64,000 bases of DNA from Bacteroidota bacterium (GTDB lineage Bacteria > Bacteroidota > Bacteroidia > Flavobacteriales > Weeksellaceae), in NCBI GenBank assembly GCA_023419095.1, contig JAEZYN010000030.1, forward strand, positions 3,309-67,308, given 5' to 3'. Under the pieces are notes generated by a model, which saw only the letters and a list, made by a program, of their open reading frames with translations, was not told the DNA's origin and did not search any database. The position numbers were made by a program, and so were the translations under genes. Numbering within the stretch: the stretch's first letter is position 1; each line of letters begins with the position of its first letter. Of the stretch, positions 27,443-37,184 are shown piece by piece.

Positions 27443-27619
27443 GCGAGTAGTGAAAGCCGGAAATGGCGCCCAAATTTACTGGAACTCCGCAAAAACACAT
27501 GCCGTAAAGCGCCAAAAACCAAGTGCAGTGCAAACTTAATTGCTTCAGCACTTCCTACTTACTCCTTTTTTCTTAAATTTGTAAATCTTTAAAAAAAACA
27601 ATAAATTTAATTCAATAGT

Positions 27620-28816
27620 ATGAATCTTCACGAGTATCAGTCAAAAGAGATTTTAGCAAAATATGGCGTTAATATTCAGCGCGGTTTTGTGGCAAACAAT
27701 GTGGAAGAAGCCGCAGAAGCAGCTGAAAAACTCAAGGAATTAACCGGCGGTGCCGAAGGATGGGTGGTAAAAGCTCAGGTGCACGCAGGTGGACGCGGAA
27801 AAGGCGGTGGCGTGAAGTTTTCACCGAACTTGGATAAACTGAAAGAAAACGCACAGAACATCATCGGTATGCAGCTTGTGACTCCACAAACTTCTGCTGA
27901 AGGTAAGAAAGTACACAGCGTACTGGTTGCTGAAGATGTATACTACCCGGGCGAAACTGAAACGAAGGAATTCTACGTTTCTATCCTTTTGGACAGAGCT
28001 TTGGGCAAAAACACGGTAGTTTACTCTACTGAAGGTGGTATGGATATCGAGCATGTTGCCGAAGTTACTCCGCACCTTATCCACAAAGAAGTGATTGATC
28101 CTACGGTAGGTCTTCAGGGCTTCCAGGCGCGTAAAATCGCTTTCAACTTAGGTTTGGAAGGTAACGCGTTCAAGGATTTTACCAAATTCATTACTTCGCT
28201 TTACAACGCATACGTCGGTATCGATGCGTCACTTTTCGAAATCAATCCGGTACTGAAAACTTCGGACAACAAAATCATCGCTGTTGATGCGAAAGTTACT
28301 TTGGATGGTAACGCACTTTTCCGCCACAAAGATCTGGCTGCGCTTAGAGATACGCGCGAAGAAGATCCGGCAGACGTAGAAGCCGGTGAAGCCGGTCTGA
28401 ACTTCGTGAAACTTGACGGTGACGTTGCCTGTATGGTAAACGGTGCCGGTCTTGCCATGGCGACGATGGACATCATCAAACTTTCCGGCGGTAACCCGGC
28501 CAACTTCCTTGACGTGGGTGGAACTGCCGATGCAGAGCGTGTCCAGAAAGCTTTCGGTATCATCCTGAAAGATCCGAACGTAAAAGCAATCCTTATCAAT
28601 ATTTTTGGAGGAATCGTACGTTGCGACCGTGTTGCACAGGGTGTAGTAGATGCTTACAACGCAATGGGCAGCCTTCCGGTGCCGCTTATCGTGCGTCTGC
28701 AGGGAACCAACGCTGTGGAAGCAAAACAACTGATCGACAACTCTGGTTTGCCGGTGCATTCTGCAATTACGCTTGAGGAAGCTGCGAACAAAGTAAAAGA
28801 AGTTTTAGGACACTAA
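27620..28816 (+). CDS. sucC: ADP-forming succinate--CoA ligase subunit beta
   Basis: 398 aa with MNLHEYQSKEIL, VKAQVHAGGRGKGGGVK and NIFGGIVRCD motifs. Confidence 0.95.
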   Translation: MNLHEYQSKEILAKYGVNIQRGFVANNVEEAAEAAEKLKELTGGAEGWVVKAQVHAGGRGKGGGVKFSPNLDKLKENAQNIIGMQLVTPQTSAEGKKVHSVLVAEDVYYPGETETKEFYVSILLDRALGKNTVVYSTEGGMDIEHVAEVTPHLIHKEVIDPTVGLQGFQARKIAFNLGLEGNAFKDFTKFITSLYNAYVGIDASLFEINPVLKTSDNKIIAVDAKVTLDGNALFRHKDLAALRDTREEDPADVEAGEAGLNFVKLDGDVACMVNGAGLAMATMDIIKLSGGNPANFLDVGGTADAERVQKAFGIILKDPNVKAILINIFGGIVRCDRVAQGVVDAYNAMGSLPVPLIVRLQGTNAVEAKQLIDNSGLPVHSAITLEEAANKVKEVLGH

Positions 28817-28840
28817 ATTTTTAGTTTAGGATAAAAGCAT

Positions 28841-28872
28841 CCGTTCAATTTTTATTGAGCGGATTTTTTTTT
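28841..28872 (+). terminator. rho-independent terminator after sucC
   Basis: CCGTTCAAT-tttt-ATTGAGCGG followed by T9. Confidence 0.75.
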
Positions 28873-28888
28873 GGAGCTGTTTCCGGCT

Positions 28889-28949
28889 CTCCACTGTATC
28901 TTTTTCTCCTCGTTCCTCGTCAAAAAAGGATGCCGTTGCGATCCGGGCT
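28889..28949. repeat. REP-like intergenic element copy (conserved arms, degenerate centre)
   Basis: Left arm CTCCACTGTATC, then T5...A6, then right arm GGATGCCGTTGCGATCCGGGCT. The right arm nearly matches the copies at 39399 and 45431. Confidence 0.65.
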
Positions 28950-28999
28950 ACGTGCCCCGAACTACCCCAACTTTTTTACAAAAAGACTATCTTTGCCCT

Positions 29000-29329
29000 C
29001 CACAAGAAGAACGGCCTGTTGATTCCAATTTATTTGGGGTAGGAAAGTCCGGACACCACAGAGCAGCAAAGCGGGTAACGCCCGCCGGTCGCGAGATGAG
29101 GACCAGTGCAACAGAAAGGATGTATATTAATTTATAGTGAAATCAGGTAAACTCTTTGCGGTGCAATGTTAAGTATATCGGATTTCCCGGTTCGCCGGGA
29201 TAGGAGTGGCTCGCTCCAAAAACCGAGGGGTAAGCAGCTAAAGTTTTGCAGCAATGTTAAACGCAGATAAATAACAGGCACTTTCGCTTCGGCGAATTTA
29301 CAGAATCCGGCTTACAGTTTTTCTTGTGG
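29000..29329 (+). ncRNA. rnpB: RNase P RNA (bacterial type A)
   Basis: Universally conserved P4 halves GGAAAGTCCGGACACC (5') and ACAGAATCCGGCTTAC (3'). Also GGGTAACGCCC and GTGCAACAGAAA elements. P1 pairs CCACAAGAAGAAC with GTTTTTCTTGTGG. Track ORF 28871-29137 is an artefact of this RNA. Confidence 0.85.
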
Positions 29330-29344
29330 TTTTTAATAGAAAAC

Positions 29345-29373
29345 AAAAAGCAGAAATTTAGGTTTCTGCTTTT
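29345..29373. terminator. bidirectional terminator between rnpB (+) and the PPK2 gene (-)
   Basis: AAAAA-GCAGAAA-tttagg-TTTCTGC-TTTT. Confidence 0.75.
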
Positions 29374-29378
29374 CTTAT

Positions 29379-30248
29379 TTATTCTTTTTCCAATTGAGAT
29401 TTTGCATCATCCAACTTCTGTTGCTCTTCTTTGGCCAATTTCGGGAATTTCAAATTCATGTTTTGCAGCGAATCAATGATGATTCGAATGGCGGCCACAC
29501 GTGCAAACCATTTGTCATCCGCCGGAATCACAAACCAAGGCGCATGATCTTTTGAAGTCTCGTTGATGGCTCTTTCATAGGCTTCCATATACTCATCCCA
29601 AAGTTTTCTTTCGCTAAGGTCGCCGGCTGCAAATTTCCAGTTTTTCTCAGGCTCGTTGATGCGGTCCAGAAAGCGTTTTTTCTGTTCTTTCTTTGAGACG
29701 TTAAGGAAGATCTTGATGATTTTAGTACCATTCTGCGTCAGGTGTTTCTCGAAATTCCGGATGCTTTCATATCGGTTTTCCCAGAATTCTTCGTCAAAAT
29801 CCGAAACAGAATCCCACACGTTTTCATTTAGATTATATTCAGGATGAACTTTGCAGACTAGCACGCTTTCATAATGACTTCGGTTAAAAATCCCGATTTT
29901 ACCTTTCTCCGGCAGTGCGACGTAATGTCTCCATAAAAAGTCGTGCGAATATTCTTTTGAGCTCGGTGACTTGAAACTATGCACCTCACAGCCCTGCGGA
30001 TTCACGCCGCCGAAAACATGTTCGATCAGTGAATCTTTTCCGGCGGCATCCATCGCCTGCAGTACAACGAGTAAAGATTGGCTACCGTCTGCGTACAGTT
30101 TTTCCTGCAGTTCGCGCAGTTTTTCTTTTTCGGTTTCCAGCATTTCTCTTCCCTGCTTTTTCGTCAGGTCACCATTGTATTCCGTGTCAGTGGCGGATAT
30201 TGAAAATTCACTTTTAATAATAAAATCATCGCTGAAATTGAGATCCAT
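29379..30248 (-). CDS. ppk2: polyphosphate kinase 2 (PPK2) family protein
   Basis: 289 aa with a PPK2 P-loop region LVVLQAMDAAGKDS, plus FNRSHYE and a lid region. Confidence 0.85.
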   Translation of the reverse strand: MDLNFSDDFIIKSEFSISATDTEYNGDLTKKQGREMLETEKEKLRELQEKLYADGSQSLLVVLQAMDAAGKDSLIEHVFGGVNPQGCEVHSFKSPSSKEYSHDFLWRHYVALPEKGKIGIFNRSHYESVLVCKVHPEYNLNENVWDSVSDFDEEFWENRYESIRNFEKHLTQNGTKIIKIFLNVSKKEQKKRFLDRINEPEKNWKFAAGDLSERKLWDEYMEAYERAINETSKDHAPWFVIPADDKWFARVAAIRIIIDSLQNMNLKFPKLAKEEQQKLDDAKSQLEKE

Positions 30249-30273
30249 ATTTCCTTATTTTCATTAAAAATAT

Positions 30274-30300
30274 AAAAAAATCACTCCCATACGGAAGTGA
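30274..30300 (-). terminator. rho-independent terminator after the DUF1573 gene
   Basis: The minus strand reads TCACTTCC-gtat-GGGAGTGA followed by T7. Confidence 0.7.
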
Positions 30301-30330
30301 TCTGTGTGATTTTTTATTTTAAAGCTTTTC

Positions 30331-30807
30331 TTATTTTGCTTTCTTTCTCTCAGCTTTCACAGCAGAGACAGGCGCAGGTTTTACAGAAAGTTGTGCTGCA
30401 GGAGCGGCGACAGCGGCATCAGCTGCTACAGTGGCAGTTACAGCGGGCTCCACGGTGCCTTTAATGTTAATTACTGAACGGCTGTTTGCCGGATCATTTG
30501 AATATACCTCGATGATTTTAGCGAATGGACCTACGATTTTTGTGTCGTAACCTACCTTCAACTGAGCTGTTTTTCCTGGCATGATGGGATCCTGGCTCCA
30601 TTCAGGAGTAGTGCATCCACAAGATGCCTGAACTTTCGAAATGATCAGGGGTTTGTCGCCCGTGTTTTTCACGGTGAACATTCTGTGACCTTCAGATCCC
30701 GCTTTCACGGTTCCGTAATCAAAAGTGGTTTTATCGAAAGAAATGGTTTGTGCTGTTGCGAATGCGAAAGATGCAGTTAAAAACAAACCTGCGAAAATCT
30801 TTTTCAT
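30331..30807 (-). CDS. DUF1573 domain-containing protein
   Basis: The track ORF extends to 30909. I prefer the ATG at 30807, which gives signal peptide MKKIFAGLFLTASFAFATAQ. FDYGTV...FTVKNTGDKPLII..VQASCGCTTPEW is the DUF1573 hallmark. Confidence 0.8.
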   Translation of the reverse strand: MKKIFAGLFLTASFAFATAQTISFDKTTFDYGTVKAGSEGHRMFTVKNTGDKPLIISKVQASCGCTTPEWSQDPIMPGKTAQLKVGYDTKIVGPFAKIIEVYSNDPANSRSVINIKGTVEPAVTATVAADAAVAAPAAQLSVKPAPVSAVKAERKKAK

Positions 30808-30935
30808 ATTTTTAATTGTTTTATGGTTCGGGTTTCTTATATTTTGAGAGACAAAGTTAAAAATTATTTCCACATCGGGATAATTTTTTTTATTTGAGTA
30901 CTTTTGCACCTAATACCGAGTAAACAACAGATTCT

Positions 30936-33554
30936 ATGCAGCTTTCCGAGAAGTACAGCCCGACAGAAACCGAAAATAAATGGTACCGTTACTGGCTGGA
31001 AAATAATTATTTTCATTCCGAACCCAACGAAAAACCACCATACACCATTGTGATTCCACCGCCAAACGTGACCGGAATTCTGCATATGGGCCATATGCTG
31101 AACAACACCATTCAGGATGTGTTGGTGCGGCGAGCGCGAATGCAGGGGTTCAATGCCTGCTGGGTTCCGGGTACCGATCACGCCTCGATTGCTACTGAAG
31201 CGAAAGTGGTTACAAAACTGAAAGAAGAAGGCATCAATAAATCTGAAATTTCGCGCGAAGAGTTTCTGAAACATGCCTGGGATTGGACCAATAATTACGG
31301 CGGAACCATTCTGGAACAGCTGAAAAAGCTGGGTTGCTCCTGCGACTGGGAGCGCACACGTTTCACAATGGAACCTAAAATGTCTCAGCAGGTCATCAAA
31401 TCTTTTGTTGATCTCTATAATAAAGGACTCATCTACCGCGGTTACCGGATGGTGAACTGGGATCCGGAGGCCAAAACCAATATTTCTGATGAAGAAGTGA
31501 TCTTCAAAGAGCAGAATGGAAAGCTTTATTATTTAAAATATAAAATTGAAGGTTCTGAAGATTTTCTATCGGTAGCGACAACGCGTCCCGAAACCATTTT
31601 CGGTGATACGGCGGTATGCATCAATCCAAACGATGAAAGATATGCGCACCTGAAAGGAAAGAAAGTGATCGTGCCAATTGCGAACCGTTCAATTCCGGTA
31701 ATCGAAGATGAATATGTTGATATCGAATTCGGCACGGGCGCGTTGAAAATTACGCCGGCACACGACCTGAACGATTACGAAATCGGCCAACGACATCAGT
31801 TGCAGATGATTGATTCCTTGGATGATGACGCTAATCTGAACGCTCACGGTCTTCACTACGAGGGCAAAAACCGTTTCGAAGTGCGCAAGATGATCGCGAA
31901 GGAACTGGAGGAGAAAGGACTTTTGCTTAAAGCTGAAGATTATGTGAACAAAGTAGGGACTTCCGAAAGGACGGGCGCCGTAATTGAACCGAAAGTGTCG
32001 ATTCAGTGGTTTCTGAAAATGTCTGAAATTGCAAAACCTGCACTCGATGTAGTAATGAATGATGAGATCAAATTCCATCCTGAAAAATTTAAGAACACCT
32101 ATAAACACTGGATGGAAAACATCCGCGACTGGAATATCTCACGCCAGCTTTGGTGGGGACAGCAGATTCCCGCGTACTTTTATGGGGAAGGTGAAAACGA
32201 TTTTGTGGTCGCGGAAACGGTTGCGGAAGCACTTGAACTCGCAAAGGAAAAATCTCAAAACCCAAATCTTCAAATCTCAGATCTCCGTCAGGATGAGGAT
32301 GCACTGGACACGTGGTTCTCTTCATGGCTGTGGCCGATCTCTGTTTTTGACGGAATGCTGGACGACGAAAACAGCGATATCAACTACTATTATCCGACTT
32401 CAGATTTGGTGACAGGTCCGGATATTATCTTTTTCTGGGTAGCTCGGATGATTATGGCCGGCATTGAATACCGAAAGGAAGTTCCGTTTAAAAATGTTTA
32501 CTTCACCGGGATTGTACGTGATAAGCAGCGCCGCAAGATGTCAAAATCGCTGGGCAACTCACCGGATCCGATTGAACTGATCGAAAAGTATGGCGCAGAC
32601 GGTGTTCGTGTGGGAATTTTGTTAAGTTCGGCTGCCGGAAACGATTTGCTTTTCGATGAGGACCTGATGCTGCAGGGCCGAAATTTTGCCACAAAAATCT
32701 GGAATGCCTATCGCCTGATTCAGGGTTGGAACACGGATGAAAATTTAAAACCAAACAAATCTGACGTTCAGGCGATCGAGTGGTTTGGCCAGCAAATGAA
32801 TAAAACAATCGCGGAGATTGCCGACCAATTTGAAAAATTCCGGATTTCAGATGCGCTGCATCTGATTTACAAACTGGTTTGGGACGATTTCTGCGCATGG
32901 TATCTTGAGGCCGTGAAACCGGCATTTGGTCAGCCGGTGTCACAGGAAGTTTACGATCAGACAATTGCCTATTTTGAGGAACTGATGAAGCTTCTGCACC
33001 CGTTCATGCCGTTCCTGTCTGAAGAACTTTGGCAGAATATCACAACTCGAACTGCTGATAACGCGTTGGTAATCACGCAGCAGAGTAAAGGTGGCGACTT
33101 CAGCAAAGACATTCTTGATAATTTTGAATTTGCAAAAGAAATAATTTCAGGCGTACGGAATTACCGTCAAAGCAAGGGAATCTCGCCGCGAGAAGCCGCG
33201 GAGATTTTTACGGGTGCTGAGCATTTTGAGAATGAAGATCTGGTGAAGAAATTAGCCAATATTTCAGACATTCATTATGCTCAGAAAACCGATAAACCAA
33301 GCTTTACATTTTTAATCGGTTCCAATGAAATTTCAATTCCACTCAGTGACAACCTCGATCTGTCAGAAGAAAAAGCAAAAACCGAAGATGAAATTAAATA
33401 CCTCAAAGGTTTCCTGATCTCGGTTGACAAAAAACTTTCAAATGAAAAATTTGTGGCCAATGCAAAACCTGAAATCGTAGAATCTGAACGTAAAAAACAG
33501 CGCGATGCACAGGACAAAATTGCCCTTCTCGAAGCGAAACTGAAGACTTTATAA
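30936..33554 (+). CDS. valS: valine--tRNA ligase
   Basis: 872 aa with class I HIGH (PNVTGILHMGH) and KMSKS motifs, an editing domain and a C-terminal coiled coil. Confidence 0.95.
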   Translation: MQLSEKYSPTETENKWYRYWLENNYFHSEPNEKPPYTIVIPPPNVTGILHMGHMLNNTIQDVLVRRARMQGFNACWVPGTDHASIATEAKVVTKLKEEGINKSEISREEFLKHAWDWTNNYGGTILEQLKKLGCSCDWERTRFTMEPKMSQQVIKSFVDLYNKGLIYRGYRMVNWDPEAKTNISDEEVIFKEQNGKLYYLKYKIEGSEDFLSVATTRPETIFGDTAVCINPNDERYAHLKGKKVIVPIANRSIPVIEDEYVDIEFGTGALKITPAHDLNDYEIGQRHQLQMIDSLDDDANLNAHGLHYEGKNRFEVRKMIAKELEEKGLLLKAEDYVNKVGTSERTGAVIEPKVSIQWFLKMSEIAKPALDVVMNDEIKFHPEKFKNTYKHWMENIRDWNISRQLWWGQQIPAYFYGEGENDFVVAETVAEALELAKEKSQNPNLQISDLRQDEDALDTWFSSWLWPISVFDGMLDDENSDINYYYPTSDLVTGPDIIFFWVARMIMAGIEYRKEVPFKNVYFTGIVRDKQRRKMSKSLGNSPDPIELIEKYGADGVRVGILLSSAAGNDLLFDEDLMLQGRNFATKIWNAYRLIQGWNTDENLKPNKSDVQAIEWFGQQMNKTIAEIADQFEKFRISDALHLIYKLVWDDFCAWYLEAVKPAFGQPVSQEVYDQTIAYFEELMKLLHPFMPFLSEELWQNITTRTADNALVITQQSKGGDFSKDILDNFEFAKEIISGVRNYRQSKGISPREAAEIFTGAEHFENEDLVKKLANISDIHYAQKTDKPSFTFLIGSNEISIPLSDNLDLSEEKAKTEDEIKYLKGFLISVDKKLSNEKFVANAKPEIVESERKKQRDAQDKIALLEAKLKTL

Positions 33555-33566
33555 TATTAAAATACC

Positions 33567-34211
33567 ATGATTCACCTCGAAAACATTGCCCGGCTCTTCA
33601 GCAAAAATTTTGTGGAAAATCCTGTTCTTGAGACTTTCGATGCCGGTACAATATATCTTTCCAGTGGAAAACTTGTCGCCTGCGATCCTGTCTTAACCAA
33701 TGACATGGCGCCGTTCGATACTGTTTTTCCTGTGGGAGAATTTCCGGTTTTGGTTCACAAAGAGCGTGAAAGCAACTGCATCGCCTATACCGAAATTGTC
33801 TTCAGCGATTCGCCCGCTGTGAAATGGCAGCTGGCCACCACCGATTCTCAAAATATTCAGGACCTGAAAGGTGAGGAAATCTATGGCTATCCTGTTGAAA
33901 GTGGAATGGGTTGCTTTATGGATACGGATACACAAATAAGTTTGGGGAAGTTGGAACTTAGGCTTTTCCACCGGAAAGGTGCCGATTTCATGGGTATTTA
34001 CGAAGAGTTTTTCCATGAACATTTTTTCAATGAGGACGGCGCAATCGATCAGTATGCGATTTTAAAACCTGATGACGCGGCAAAAGGAAATATTTTCGCC
34101 TTCGAAACCGGTTATGGCGAAGGATTTTACGGTAGTTACATCGGTTTTGGATCCAAAGGTGAGCCGGTAAAGATTGTAACCGAATTCATTGAGATTTTGG
34201 CGGAAAAGTAA
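33567..34211 (+). CDS. DUF4241-like hypothetical protein
   Basis: 214 aa. SGKLVACDP, ESGMGCFMD and ETGYGEGFY resemble DUF4241 as I remember it. Not verified. Confidence 0.5.
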   Translation: MIHLENIARLFSKNFVENPVLETFDAGTIYLSSGKLVACDPVLTNDMAPFDTVFPVGEFPVLVHKERESNCIAYTEIVFSDSPAVKWQLATTDSQNIQDLKGEEIYGYPVESGMGCFMDTDTQISLGKLELRLFHRKGADFMGIYEEFFHEHFFNEDGAIDQYAILKPDDAAKGNIFAFETGYGEGFYGSYIGFGSKGEPVKIVTEFIEILAEK

Positions 34212-34308
34212 AATACACTTTTAAATCATAAACTCTTATAAAATCAATAGATTTGTAAAAGCGTCGCCAGATATTTCATAATTGACGGTCGTTTAAATTT
34301 TTTGATTC

Positions 34309-35202
34309 ATGAAAGTATCCACGGAACAACCCAAAATAATTGTAGTAGGCAGTTCGTCCATCGATTTGGTGCTTACTACCGAACATTTGCCCAAACCAAA
34401 TGAAACTGTGCTCGCAGAAAAATCCGAAAGCTTTTTTGGCGGGAAAGGCGCTAATCAGGCTGTGGGCGCTGCCAGGCTGGGTGCAAGTGTCTATTTTATC
34501 GGTTGCGTCGGAATGGATCCTTTTGGCCAGCAGATTATGCGAAACCTCGTGGATGAGGGCGTAGACGTAAGTTATATCGTTGAAACCGAAGAAGCCGCCA
34601 CGGGTTCTGCATATGTTACGTCCTCAGAAGGCGTAAACTCTATTGTGGTAGTTCCTGCTTCAAATTATTGCCTTAATCCGTCGCACGTCGCAGAGGCAGA
34701 ACGCTATTTTTCTACAGCCGACCTGCTGCTCGTTCAGCTTGAAATACCGATGGAAACAGTAGAATTTGCGGTAGAACTCGCCCGTAAAAACGATACGAAA
34801 GTGGGAGTTTATGCCTCGCCGCCCAAAAAACTTTCCGGGGCTGTGATAGAAGCCAGCAGCTTCATTGTAGCTAAAAGCAGCGAACTTTCAATTGTCTTTG
34901 GTGAAGAGCAGCGCGAAGAGATCCTGAGAAAATATGCCAACAAACTTTTCGTGCGCGATGATTCGAATTCAACGACGTACTACAACGGTTCCGAAATGAA
35001 ATATTACCGCAACGATCACGACTCGGTTTTACATAAAATGGGAATGGGCGACGCCTTCACCGCGGGATTTGCTGTTGCCATGTGCCACCGGAATTCTGTT
35101 GATGACTGTGTGAAATTCGGCAACGACGTTTCTTTAAAAGTAACCAAAAACTGTGGTTCGCAAAGCGGCTTGCCATATTTAAAGGATTTCGGTTTAGAGT
35201 AA
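34309..35202 (+). CDS. rbsK: ribokinase / PfkB-family sugar kinase
   Basis: 297 aa with PfkB signature 1 GGKGANQAVGAARLG and a C-terminal GMGDAFTAGF motif. Confidence 0.8.
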   Translation: MKVSTEQPKIIVVGSSSIDLVLTTEHLPKPNETVLAEKSESFFGGKGANQAVGAARLGASVYFIGCVGMDPFGQQIMRNLVDEGVDVSYIVETEEAATGSAYVTSSEGVNSIVVVPASNYCLNPSHVAEAERYFSTADLLLVQLEIPMETVEFAVELARKNDTKVGVYASPPKKLSGAVIEASSFIVAKSSELSIVFGEEQREEILRKYANKLFVRDDSNSTTYYNGSEMKYYRNDHDSVLHKMGMGDAFTAGFAVAMCHRNSVDDCVKFGNDVSLKVTKNCGSQSGLPYLKDFGLE

Positions 35203-35228
35203 AATAATTCACATATTTAGTTGATTAT

Positions 35229-35255
35229 AATTCACTTTTTTAAGTGAATTTTTTT
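35229..35255 (+). terminator. rho-independent terminator after the ribokinase gene
   Basis: AATTCACTT-tttt-AAGTGAATT followed by T5. Confidence 0.7.
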
Positions 35256-35306
35256 AAATTAAACTACAGTTGCATGATGTTTACTTTTAAATTTAAAGTA
35301 AATAAA

Positions 35307-35328
35307 CCGGAAGCTAATGTGCTTCCGG
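35307..35328 (-). terminator. hairpin downstream of the sigma/anti-sigma operon
   Basis: CCGGAAGC-taatgt-GCTTCCGG. On the minus strand it is followed by TTTATTTAC. Confidence 0.55.
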
Positions 35329-35333
35329 CGTTT

Positions 35334-35927
35334 TTAATGGAACTGGTTTTCAAGATTTTTCAGTTCGGAAATAATGCCGGCGGTTTTGGCATCCTGCTTT
35401 TTCATTTCGCGTTTACCGAGGTAAAAATAGGCGAAAAGGAGCCAGCCATACGTGATGCCAAATGCCAAAAGTAAGATCCACAAATCTTTTGTTTTCAGCA
35501 GTTCATACAAGTAAACTGCGAGCGCACTGCCGAGTAAAACATAATAAACCGGCATATTCCAGTGGCGTTGTTTTTTCTGGAATTCGCGGAAATCGAGCCA
35601 TTGCTGAAGGTGGATTGCGGGTGGCTGTGCTTCATCGATCCGGTCAATTTTCTTTGCGGTATAAAGCATCAGCGCTGCCTGAAGAAAACAAACCGTTGAA
35701 ATCAGAATCATGGCAGACATGATGGGCGCAGTTTGGAGTTTAGGATTAAATGTGGCCATTAACCCGATGACGAGCAGGCCGGTAAATATGAGTGTCGCCG
35801 CCGCGCGTATCTGGGTTTTTCTAAGTTTCATTCTATTGCTTTTTATTTCTGAAATTATGGCGACGGGTTTTGCGGCGGATGTTTCGTTCTTTTTCCAAAG
35901 GTTTTGGAGTTCGTTAAATTCTTCCAT
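35334..35927 (-). CDS. hypothetical membrane protein, putative anti-sigma factor
   Basis: 197 aa with about four TM helices. It overlaps the 3' end of the upstream ECF sigma gene by 14 nt. Confidence 0.55.
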   Translation of the reverse strand: MEEFNELQNLWKKNETSAAKPVAIISEIKSNRMKLRKTQIRAAATLIFTGLLVIGLMATFNPKLQTAPIMSAMILISTVCFLQAALMLYTAKKIDRIDEAQPPAIHLQQWLDFREFQKKQRHWNMPVYYVLLGSALAVYLYELLKTKDLWILLLAFGITYGWLLFAYFYLGKREMKKQDAKTAGIISELKNLENQFH

Positions 35928-36399
35928 GGCTCGTGTATAATTGGTGAAGTTCTTTTTTAATTCTATGGATTTTCACACGCAGATTGTTTTCGGTAATGCC
36001 GGTGATTTCTGCGATTTCAGGGTATGTTTTCTCGTCCAAAACCAGCGTGATAATGATTCTTTCATTTTCTTTCAAACGACTGATGCATTGGTAAAGCCGG
36101 TCGATTTCTTTCGAATTGTCATGCGTTTCTTCATGTTCCAATTTGGCGAGAATATCCTCGGAGTTGTGGGCAACGGATTTTTGTTTTTTTAAACCTACCA
36201 GGCACGTATTGATGGCGATCCGGTAAATCCAGGTGCCGATCTGGCTCTCGCCGCGAAATCTCGGCAGGCTGTTCCAGACGGCAATCCAGGTTTCCTGGTG
36301 TAGGTCGTCTGCTGAAAGTCTTTCGCCCGAATAACTCAAACACAGTCTGTATATCCTTGGCGAGAATTCTTTGTACAGGTCGTCAAAATCGTGCGTCAT
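35914..36399 (-). CDS. RNA polymerase ECF-type sigma-70 family factor
   Basis: 161 aa. Region 2 is DDLHQETWIAVW...GTWIYRIAINT. Region 4 HTH is YPEIAEITGITENNLRVKIHRIKKEL. Confidence 0.85.
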   Translation of the reverse strand: MTHDFDDLYKEFSPRIYRLCLSYSGERLSADDLHQETWIAVWNSLPRFRGESQIGTWIYRIAINTCLVGLKKQKSVAHNSEDILAKLEHEETHDNSKEIDRLYQCISRLKENERIIITLVLDEKTYPEIAEITGITENNLRVKIHRIKKELHQLYTSHGRI

Positions 36400-36599
36400 A
36401 AGTGCAGTGTTTTTTCATTTTTTAAAGTATTAAGTAAAGACTGTTTTTCAGACGCTGCAGCAAATTCTGTACATTGGTTACAAACGGATCAAGTTTATTA
36501 CAAAATTTTTTGAAACAATTTAAATGTAATGAAGTTTCACAGCTTCCAAGCTTCTGGGTGGCTATTTTAAAATCATTAAATTTACCTCAAAGAAAGCCA

Positions 36600-37169
36600 A
36601 TGAAAATTTACACAAAGACCGGAGACAAAGGCGAGACAGCACTTTATGGCGGAACACGCGTTTCCAAAGCTTCTGCGCGGGTGGAAGCGTACGGCACAAT
36701 CGATGAACTCAATTCGTTTATCGGTTTTGCTAAAACGGAAATAGCCAATGATGTTGTTTTAGGTCAACTTAAAAAAATTCAGTTTGATTTATTTACGGTA
36801 GGTTCAGAATCTGCGACACCGACGGACAAACTTACATTAGCCAACGGGAGCTCGCGTTTGTCTTTAATGATATCTGAAAAAGAAATAGAAGAACTCGAAA
36901 ACTGGATGGATGATTTCGAAACAGAACTGGAGCCCCTTCAGTTTTTTATTCTGCCCGGTGGCGGCAGATCTGCGACATCGCTTCATATTTGCCGCACCGT
37001 TTGCCGCCGTGCGGAGCGCAGCCTGGTATTTTTGAATGAGTCTGAAGAAGTTCGTCCTGAACTCATTAAATACCTGAACAGACTCTCAGACTATCTGTTT
37101 GTTCTGGCGCGCTACGTTTCGAAAATCAACGGCGAAACAGAAGAATACTGGAATCCGAACAACCGTTGA
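36600..37169 (+). CDS. PduO-type ATP:cob(I)alamin adenosyltransferase
   Basis: The track ORF starts at 36474. The ATG at 36600 gives the canonical N-terminus MKIYTKTGDKGETALYGG.RVSK..RVEAYGTIDELNS. Confidence 0.85.
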   Translation: MKIYTKTGDKGETALYGGTRVSKASARVEAYGTIDELNSFIGFAKTEIANDVVLGQLKKIQFDLFTVGSESATPTDKLTLANGSSRLSLMISEKEIEELENWMDDFETELEPLQFFILPGGGRSATSLHICRTVCRRAERSLVFLNESEEVRPELIKYLNRLSDYLFVLARYVSKINGETEEYWNPNNR

Positions 37170-37184
37170 TTTTTTTGAAGATAC

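Noticed and set aside
27063-27551. 162-aa and 106-aa minus-strand ORFs in the spacer before sucC
   Set aside because: They are antisense to the 85-aa gene and run through the GC palindrome. The translation is Arg/Ala/Pro-rich where it crosses the repeat. No supporting motif or sensible start context is present.
28871-29137. 88-aa ORF on the plus strand
   Set aside because: It runs through the REP-like element and the 5' half of RNase P RNA, including the conserved GGAAAGTCCGG P4 sequence. It is an artefact.
36400-36599. Cobalamin riboswitch upstream of the cob(I)alamin adenosyltransferase gene, and TPP riboswitch near the thiamine diphosphokinase gene
   Set aside because: I found no B12-box (GCCACTG-like) and no conserved TPP-element sequence (CTGAGA ... 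ACCTGATCTGGATAATGCCAGCG-like) in the upstream regions.
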